This document shows, piece after piece, positions 50,235 through 64,000 of a stretch of 64,000 bases of DNA. The notes beneath the pieces are model-generated. The model saw only the letters and a list, made by a program, of their open reading frames with translations, had not been told where the DNA came from and searched no databases. The stretch's first letter is position 1, and each line of letters starts with the position of its first letter. The stretch is taken from NCBI RefSeq assembly GCF_009914755.1, contig NC_060944.1, one strand, 5' to 3'. The position numbers and the translations under genes were made by a program. The DNA is from the human T2T-CHM13v2.0 reference genome, Homo sapiens.

Positions 50235-50838
50235 CTGTAACTGGCAAAAGGGTTTGGCTGCTTGCCACTTGTAAAAAGAAGCCAGTATAATGAGAATGAA
50301 GTGTGATAAAAAGAGAGCAAGATTTTATTATCCATGCTAGATAGAGGAGAAGTGGATGTAATTCTTTCCAAAGATTTCCACTTTATGATTTGTAGAGGAA
50401 ACACGGGGTCTTTTAAAGACAGGGTTCAGAATGCAGAAGAGGCAGGGGGCTAGGAGGTGTCAGGTGGGGTGAGCCACTCCAATGGGTTGTCTTGAATTAT
50501 TGTTCCATCTGGTGAAGGGGCCAGCACCATTGTGGCTGAAAGTGTCTGGTCCGTATCAGGATCTGGTCCCTGAAGCTTCTAAGGCAACATATTGACCAGA
50601 TAAGTGAGTATGATGTGTGTTTAACAAGCATCTAGGTAAATACATGTGCGAAAGGTGTGGGAGCGCAGAATGGGAAAAGAAAGGGAGTGGAGGTTTACAG
50701 CATATTCCAAAGCTGTGTTTCGAGATGAAAGGAAACACATATGCAGTTTGTCTCAAAGTTATATCTTGAGACTGGGGAGAAAGGAGGCAAGAAAACAAAG
50801 TTTTAAAATGTGGTTTGAAGCCAAGCTCCTCAGTTACG
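50235..50838 (-). mobile_element. ERV1-type LTR within ERVL/MaLR internal remnants
   Basis: tgtaac...cagttac ends; reverse AATAAA (ttttatt). Confidence 0.45.
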
Positions 50839-51434
50839 CTATTAAATGCAATCCATGCTATTAAGACAGAAATTGTGGTAGAGCTAGGATCTAGTAATGC
50901 TACCCTTTCCTGCCTACTGCCAGTCTTGGAAATTCTTGCCCCCAGCCTGGCCCTCACCCTTCACCCTAATGCTACCATCATCCATCCGCCCCACTTTACC
51001 AGTCCCAGTGCTTCTGCAGTACCAAGTCCCACAGCCCCATACCAGCTGTAATGGCTCGAGCTTTCCCTTCTTCACTTTTGCTCCTGCTGGTGCTGTGACT
51101 GCTGCATGGTTCCACTTGTCCTGTCCATTGATGCAGCCTTTGGAAACGCCAACTTGAAAAATAAGCGAATGGCAAAAAAATCCTCCTCCTTTCCCACCTC
51201 ATCACTATGTTTACCCAGTTCATAATTCACCTTAAGGTCATGGCAAAGAGAGAGGGTGGGGAAAAAGTACAAATGGAGTGATGGCAGACAAAACAAACAA
51301 ACACAAACAAACAAACAAAATGAGCCCTCTAGTCATTGCTGCAGCCTGTTGGCCAGGAGATAGGGGTCTGCTTAGCTTAGCTAGTAGAGGTGGTGCTTGG
51401 AGGAGCTATAGCATGCACCACCCCACTCCCGCCG

Positions 51435-51772
<338 letters not shown>

Positions 51773-52218
51773 TAGCATTAGTAAATCCTGCCTGCAGAGC
51801 ATACAGGTCTTAGACACAGAAGTTTCTGTATATCCCCCTCCCCAGCTGAGACTTTAACCCCCAAATGTCCAGGGCCCAGCCACACCAGACATGTTGGGAT
51901 GAGCTCATTACATAAAAACTTGGTGAATTTGCAAGAGATGGGACCCCTGGGGCTGCTCTGCCCTAGAGTTTATGGCCTTCACATCTTGAACACCCCTCAG
52001 AGGATTTCTCCCTGGATGAACAATCCATAGCCTGTGGTTTATTATGGGTTAGGGTTAGGGCTTTTGCACCACCTGGGGGATAGACAATGAAGGCAACTGC
52101 CCTCTTCCATCAATCTCAAAGTAAATACAAATGGGAAGGTTTGTGGTTTCCTCAGCAAGCAGAGCTCTGTGAAGCTAGGTGGCACCACAGGATCTACTTC
52201 AAACAAGACCCCAATGTT

Positions 52219-53253
<1,035 letters not shown>

Positions 53254-53489
53254 CTAACATTTTACAACATTTTTCTTAATCCTCTCTGTGTCTGTCTTTC
53301 TCTGACACACACACACATACACACACATATACCCCACATATTATGTTTGTTCATAGCATATGGGAATAAGTTGCAGACATCTTAAATACTTCAGTGAATT
53401 TTCTAAAATAAAGGTATTCTTTAAAATAGCCTCAGTACAATAGTCACATTCAGGAAATGAGCATTAATACAGTACTATTATCTAATCTA

Positions 53490-54460
53490 GAGGCAAAACT
53501 GGCTACATAATTGTAGGGGTACCCAGTGCAAAGTAAAAATGTGGAGCTCCTTGTTCAAAGAAACAGGGGAAAACATCACTAAAGGTACTCAAATAAAAGG
53601 CTTTTTTCTTTCTTGCAGAGTCTCTCTGTCTCTAGACCTCTCATGGAGCTTTTTATTTATTGTTTCTGTCACTCTCCCTCAGGCACGGGGATAGTTGTGG
53701 AGCAGTGCAGACCCTCAGAACTACCTAGGGTCCCTGACCGCTACTTGGTGGTGTGTCCTGGAGGGTTCCGCTTGCTGCTGAATTCCTCCTCATGCCAGCT
53801 GCCAGACTGAAGCTCTGTGACCCAGCTAGGGGTGGGAAATCAATCTTCCTTGTCCATAGGTCCATTGCACCAACCCATGGATGGGCAGTCCCCAAGCGAT
53901 TGCAACCTCTGTGCTGAGACATGCTCAGTACAGGATCAGGATAGGTGAGAGGCTGGCTCCTGCCAAGTCACCAGTTGAATGTATTGTGCTGCTGCCAGCC
54001 TGGGACTGGGACAGTAATTGGCACTCCCTGAAATGCCACAGGATGTGCACACCTAACTCTGACCCTTCCTGCACCCTTTCCCAAGCCCCCACTGGGAGTG
54101 GTTGGCAACGGTAGAACATGAGCCTCCCCTTGCCAATGTGATTCAACTGTCATCTGCATAGCAGCAGTCAGGGGGCAAAGGTGGAAAGGGGCGGGCTGAG
54201 CAGAGCCATGGTGTCAGTGGGTGGAGGGCGAGTTGCTGAGAACCCATCCCAGGGAGGCAGCAAGAGGTGGCACTGCTCTTGAGTCCGGACGCCTAGCTCC
54301 TGGAGCATGCACCATCGTCTAATTAACCTTCACTTACAAACACAAATTTAAATAACTGAGAATTTTAAGACAATGACCACAGGGAATTACATCCTGGGTG
54401 CAGGGTCCTTCTGTGTCCAGGGCCCTGTGTGATTTGGGTGCATGCCTACAAAGCCCATCT
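53490..54460. mobile_element. MER45B-like hAT DNA transposon
   Basis: Ends resemble MER45 (ctggctacataattgtagggg...cagtgcaaagtaaaaatgtgg; cagggccctgtgtgatt); nested in an old L1M. Confidence 0.55.
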
Positions 54461-57042
54461 CTAGACCTTATTCGGATTCTACAAATTGTCTCAATAATGT
54501 CCTTTACAACAAAAGAAAATCTTGGATCCTGTGTTGCATTTAGCTGTCACACCTCTTTAATCTTCTTTCTTTTTCCTTTTTAAAATTACTTAGTTCAGGA
54601 GCAGATCTTCCTTTAATCTTCTTTCATCTGGAAAAGTTTCTCAATCTTTTTTTGTCTTTCATGACATTAACATTTTGGACGATTAAAGGCCATGTATTTT
54701 ACAGACTGTCTCTCAATTGAGTTTATCTGCTATTTCTTCACAATTAAATTCATGTTATGCGTTTCTGGCAGGAATACTATAGAAAAGATACTGTGTTCTT
54801 TGTGGTGGATCATACCACGAGGCACATGCTGTTGATTTGTTTTGTTACTAATGGTGTTAACTTTGACTACTTGAGTAAGATGGTGGCTGCCTATTTTCCC
54901 ATTTGCAATAAATAAGTATTTGTGGGAAGATACTTTGGATCTATGCAAAAATCTTATTACTTCTCAAAATTTTACCCACTAGTTTTAGCATACATTGATG
55001 ATTCTTGCCTAAATCAATGATTATTTAATGGTTGCTAGATGATGTTTTCCTTTTATTTTTTTCTTTTATTTATGTTTTTTGTAGAGACGGTCTCGTTATA
55101 TTGCTCAGGCTTGTCTTGAACTCCCAGCCTCAAGAGTTCCTCCCACCTCGGCATCCCAAAGTGCTGGGATTACATGTGTGAACCATCATGCCCAGCTGTT
55201 AAATGATGATTTTCTAATTCTATCCTTGACCCCTTGTCTACCTTTACTGAGCCCTTTTTGGCTTCCTATCCTTGCCTACGATGTGACATTTTGATGTGTT
55301 CCATCTACTCTTCTGAGCCTGTGGGCACGATGCGGGTAGGGGAGGTTTGGGACTCTGATCTCTCTGAGGTTTGGGTTAAATGTCTTAAGCCAGGGTTTAC
55401 TCCATTAGTTAATGGAGTGTCTTACTCCCGAGAGGGCATTAAGCTTCACTTTCCCACCATCCTTCTTTCTCTCCTTCCTTCCTTCTATAATTCAGAGACT
55501 ATGAGAATCATGGCTCTGACTCATAGCTTAACACTTTAACTCTAAAAAAGAAATCCCAGGTCCCTCTTTTCCTCCATGGTATCATGTCTACAAAACTAAT
55601 CTACAAGTACTTGTTGAGTACTTATTCTGTGCATACCGTTTTGCTTGGCTCACTGTAGAGAAGAAATGTGTAAGGCAAAGTCACTGCTTTCAAGAACCCA
55701 CAGCTGTAAACATGAAGAGTAGAAGCAGGCAGGCCTGGAATATCTCTGTGTAGTCTACATGGAGAGGTCCAGGGGATTTTATGGGATGGGGAGGTAAATA
55801 GGTCATGGCAGAGCTGAACTTTAATGATAACAAACTGATTAAAAAGCATTGGCTCTAGAATTAGACTTTGATTCCAACACCATCTTCATTCCTTCCTAAT
55901 TTGTTATTCTGGGCAAGTAATTTATCTTTCTGACCTTCAACTTTTTCATTTGTAAGATACAGATATTAATAGAATCTTCTTCTCAGGGCTATTGCGAATA
56001 TTAAATGAGATAATGCATGCAAAGCACTTAGGTTGGTTCCTGACATATCCTAAGTGTTTCATAAACAGTAGTTATTAAAATCTTAAAGGAAGGTATTATG
56101 TGTCAAAAGCTTTTCAAATGCATGTCCACAGTTGACCCAGAAATTCCACTTAGAATCTATCATGAGTAAACAACCAGAAATACCCATAGTGATTACTTAC
56201 TATATCGAGAAAACCTCAACAACCTTTAACATTTAACATTAACATGTAACCATTGAAGCTTGTTTAAATAAATGGTGATCTCTTTATGCAAGTAAAGCTC
56301 TACACATATTAGCAATTATGTTACAGAATATTTAATGATACAAGAAAATCTTTACCTAATATTGTCAACTGGGTAAATCTATGAATCTGCATTAATATAT
56401 ATTCTTAAACTGTTCTCTATCCCATATATTCTTTCATTCTTCCCAGAAACATTTTTAAAGGACTTGAGGAGCTTGCCACTGCCCCAAGGGGCATTTGGAA
56501 GATTTTTCTCTAGCAAGTGTGAATTAAAAAATTTAATGGGACCTCAATATTATGTCAGGAGGGTTCTTCCCAGTGCTCATGTAGCATATCTGGCACACAC
56601 TAGCCTCTGGTACACTTTGTGAGAGTTAAGTTTATCTGTTTGTCTTTGCATGCCAGCAACTTTTATAACACAAGAGCTCTCAGAATCCAGACATGGTGAT
56701 TTAGAACTACTGGGTATTTGTACTGATAGGGACCAGGCACTATGAGCCTTGAGCTTTCACCTGTGAATAAATCTCAGGGAAGAAGGAGAGGAGAGGGAAG
56801 AGACCAAAGAATCGACATTTTCTCCCCACAGTGTGGCCTTTTTATTGATTTAAAGAGAAGAGACGTGAAGCTGCAAAACTTTTTTGGTAGCAAAGCAGGG
56901 TGTTTTTATCAGTTCTTATTTTTTGCTTTGAATTCTCAATGCCACTACCTCTGTCCAAGCTTACAATCCATCATAACCAGATGATGGTAAAGCTGCCCAC
57001 CCTGTTTCTCTAAACAAATCTTCCCAATTCTAGAACTGAGAC

Positions 57043-57332
57043 TTTTTTTTTTTTTGAGACAGAGTCTCACTTTGTCTCTCAAGCTGGAGTGCAGTGGCAT
57101 GAATTTGGCTTACTGCAACCTCCGCTTCTGGGTTCAAGTGACTCTTATGCCTCAGCCACCCAAGTAGCTGGCATTACAGGTGTGCACCACCATGCCTGGC
57201 TAACTTTTTTGTATTTTTACTAGGTTTCACCATGTTGGCCAGGCTGATCTTGAACTCTTGGCCTCAAGTGATCTGCCCACATTTGCCTCCCAAAGTGCTG
57301 AGATTACAGGTGTGAGCCACCACTCCCAGCCA
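57043..57332 (-). mobile_element. Alu
   Basis: TSD agaactgagacttt. Confidence 0.95.
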
Positions 57333-57680
57333 AGAACTGAGACTTTAAGCTCTCACTGCATTTGACTCTGGGCAAGTTGCTCCTGGTGGCAGTCAGACTT
57401 CTCAGATGACTCCAATGACCTCCACTTCCTGGTTTTTATGCCTTTGTGTGTTCTCCTCCTCGAGTGTGGACTGAACCTAGTGACTTGATTCTAATGAGTA
57501 GTGATGTCATGGAAAATGTTGGGACGTCACTTCTGAGATTAGGTTACAAAAGACTATGACTACAATAACTTATTGTATATTTCAAAATAGCTAGAAGAAA
57601 AACTTTGGAATGTTCCCAACACAAAGAAATGATAACTGCCTTGGGTGATGGATATGCCAGTTATTCTGATTTGATTATTA

Positions 57681-58076
<396 letters not shown>

Positions 58077-59957
58077 TCAGTCTCTCTGGAGCTTCTTGCT
58101 TGCTCACTCTGATAAAGCAATCTATAGGTTATGAGCTGCTCTCTGGAAGGACCCACTGACCAACGAACTGGAAGTGACCTGCAAGCAACTGAATCCTGCC
58201 AGCAACCATATAAGTGGGCTTGGAAGTGCATGCTTCCCTAGTTGAGCCCCAGCCAGCCAACAATTAGACTTCATCCCTGTAGAAGACCCTGATCCACAGG
58301 ACTAGTTCTGTAGTCCTTGTGTCCTGCCTCTTCCCTCACCTCCTGTGAGAGTTCCCCTGAATTCCTGCCCTGGTGGTACAGAATGGTGTATCCAGTCTGC
58401 CCCCACTGCAACAGAACTGCCTTCTCTTTGGGAATTTGTTTCTTCACAGAATCACAGGATGTTATTTTCAAAGGGTGTCTGTGCTTGTGTTTAACCTTGT
58501 GCTATTTTATAATAATGAACCATTGGAAACCAAGTAAACTAAGTAAATTACAATGCTTGGTAAGTCAGAATATTATGTAGCCATTAACAATGACACCAGA
58601 GAATATTCACCCACCTGGGAAAAAGTTTATAATATAATGCTAAGTAAAAGTCTTGGTAGAAAAAAAAAAACGCTGGTAGAAAATAGTGAAAATAGTACAC
58701 ACTCTCTCTCCCTCCTTCTCTCTCTCTCTCTATATATATATATACACACACACTATATAGAGAGAGTATATACTTATTGTATATGAGTACTATTTTTACT
58801 ATTTTCATATATATAAACATTTATAATAGCATATATAAATTTATACAAAAATATATAGCATTATATACTATATATAAAGTATATATACTTTATATGCATA
58901 TATAAAGTAATTAAAAGCCTATGGAGAGGATATTACTTTGAGATGCTAATTGGAGCTTTATACCTGTAGATCTACTTCTCTTTGGTCTTTCTCTCACTTC
59001 TGGCACCTGGACATTCTACCTCATGCCTGGGGAGGAGACAGGACAGCATTATACAGCTCGCAGAATATTTAAATTCTTGGCTTGTAGAGTTCAAAAGAGA
59101 AGGTTCAGATCTAAGACAAAGGGCTTATTTGGAGATAACTGAGCAATTAAGGGTATCAGGGATCTTAGAGATCATTAGACCATCGGAGCTAGAACCTTAA
59201 TTTTGGGAAGAAAGTGTTTTAATTACATCAGAGTGAATGCAGATCACGAGATGAAAGAATATATGAAAAACCAGAATCAGGTTTTAACAACCCCTTGCTT
59301 CCTTTCTGCTCCCCGCCATGTATAAAATTCTCCCCATTGGAGGTTTAAAGAAGAGAGTTAGAAGGGAACCAGAGGAAATGAATGGTGGTTTGGGATCCTG
59401 AGAAGGGGGTTCTTAGGCCAATAGGGTACCAGGTATATTTGGGAATCAAGAGAAATGACCACAGCCAGGGTATACTTCCACAACTAGGAAGTATGAATTG
59501 AGGAACCACTAGTTAGAACTGAGAACCCTTGCAGGGTAGATCAGAAATTGGAACATGGGAGGTCTATGTATAGGGTTTTTAGAGGGTCCCTTTGAGTTTC
59601 CTATAGTCCTAGGTGGTACAGAGCAGTGAGGTATTTCTTGAGCTCTAAGGAGCAGCAGTGAGGTATTTCTTGAGTTCTATGGGGCATATAAGTCACTGAG
59701 TGAGCTCTCATCAAATGAGGAGGATGCAACAGTTACCTGCCAGAAAAATATCTGGCAGGAATAAAACAGTGTGTATATATGATAGTGACCAAGAATCAAG
59801 CACACTTCCCATTGGATGCCTTGGAATTAAGCCAATGCACTGGAATGTAGAGGCAACCCTTAGGGGTATGTGGCCGTCAAACTAATGAAATGACAGAAAT
59901 TAATTTCCATTACCTGGTTAAATGGAAGATCAAAATGAAAATTCAGGCCAATTACAA

Positions 59958-60258
<301 letters not shown>

Positions 60259-60692
60259 GCCAGTTACAATTTTTTAAAAGACATTTTGAGCATATCTGAG
60301 TTTGTAGTAGAGTTTCATTCTAGCTACAAATTGCACTTCACTGCCAGGTACTCAATGCTCTTTGACCTCCAGACTTTCACCATCTCCATCACAATTAGAA
60401 AAATTTTCTCAACAGTTGTTGGGTCTTTGCATCATTCCCTCCAGATCCAAAGTCCAGGGCAGGAGCAACTGACTGGCTAAGTTCATGTCACACACTCGCA
60501 CTCAAGCAGCCAATCAGAAGAGAGAGGTAGTACCTGGACTCTTTTCGTTTCCATAGAGGAGAGGAACTCAGCTAAGAACCATCAGCTACCAAACTCCCAG
60601 CTGGGGTAATAGGCACTTCATTCCTGAAAGGAAATATGGGTGCTGTCCATAGCAACTGCCAGAAACCTTTGGGTAGGAACCTGAGGCAAGTT

Positions 60693-61209
60693 CAGTAGTC
60701 CGCCCTTATCCGTGGGGCATGTGTTCTGAGATCCTCAATGGATGCCTGAAACCATGAATAGTATTGAACCCTATACACTATGTTGTTGTCCTATACATAT
60801 ATAGTTATAATAAAGTTTAATTTATAAATTAGGCATAGTAAGAGATTAACAACAATAATAACAAAACAGAACAATTATAACAATACTCCAGCATCACTTA
60901 TCTTGCATTTTTTGGGCATTAAGTAAAATAAAGGTTACTTGAACACAAACACTACAATACTGTGACAGCCGATCTGATAACTGAGTTGGTTTCTAAATGA
61001 CTAATGGGCTGGTAGCATGTGCAGGGTGGATACACTGGACAAAGGGATGATTCACATCGTGAGCAGGATGGCACAAGATTTCACCCCAATAACAATGTGC
61101 AATTTAAAACTTATGAATTGTTTATTTCTGGAATTTTCCATTTCATATTTTTGGGCCAAGGGTAACTGAAACCACAGACAGTGAAACTGAAAATATGGGG
61201 GAACTACTG
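60693..61209. mobile_element. MER44/Tigger7-like DNA transposon
   Basis: Terminal inverted repeats CAGTAGTCCGCCCTTATCC ... ATATGGGGGAACTACTG followed by TA. Confidence 0.75.
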
Positions 61210-61537
61210 TACTCATATGAATTTTGGCTTTTGCTCTGAGTTAGATGAAAAGTCAATGAAGGATTGCTAATAGCAGAGTATCAGGACATAAAGAATCTTT
61301 CTGGCTGTTCTTTTAAGAATAAACTGTAGAGAGCAAGGACTAAAGCCCTGAGACCAGTTGGGAGGCCATTTCCGTTTTAAAAAATGGATGATAGATGGAC
61401 CACTAAAGGGTGGGTGAACAGCGGATAAGTGTTGTGTGAGCGTGTGGACTAACTTGTCTATCTCCACCTGTGCTGAAGGTTTGTCTTGTCTGAAGCTGTT
61501 GAGTATTGATAGAATGATGCAATTTTAGTCATGAGAC

Positions 61538-64000
<2,463 letters not shown>

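Noticed and set aside
55260-55345. Cys-containing stretch with TGT GGG CAC GA TGC and a donor-like GG|gtaggg, a possible WAP C-terminus
   Set aside because: Too short, CC core absent, no acceptor and several frameshifts needed.

Overview
Primate (almost certainly human, chr20q13.12) genomic DNA centred on WFDC2/HE4. The gene is on the + strand with 4 exons, ATG at 23637, stop at 33948 and a poly(A) signal at 35366, and it encodes 124 aa with two WAP domains. A near full-length antisense L1PA lies in intron 2. The flanks are repeat-dense (Alu, L1, L2, MIR, MaLR/ERV1 LTRs, DNA transposons) and include a MER41 provirus, an RPL5 processed pseudogene and a deleted ERV1 provirus. Most notable observations: (1) a decayed Kunitz-inhibitor gene at 1451-2770 whose exon structure, residues and 3' exon resemble the bovine aprotinin (BPTI/PTI), pig UPTI and TKDP family, with its reactive loop deleted; (2) an unspliced exon+intron fragment of PRR12 inserted into an Alu inside the MER41 provirus, with a locally templated junction; (3) an L1 ORF0 with a phase-compatible donor facing the last WAP exon of WFDC2; (4) a weak, possible WAP-domain gene remnant at about 43.5-44.0 kb. 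Family assignments come from recalled sequences and were not database-searched.
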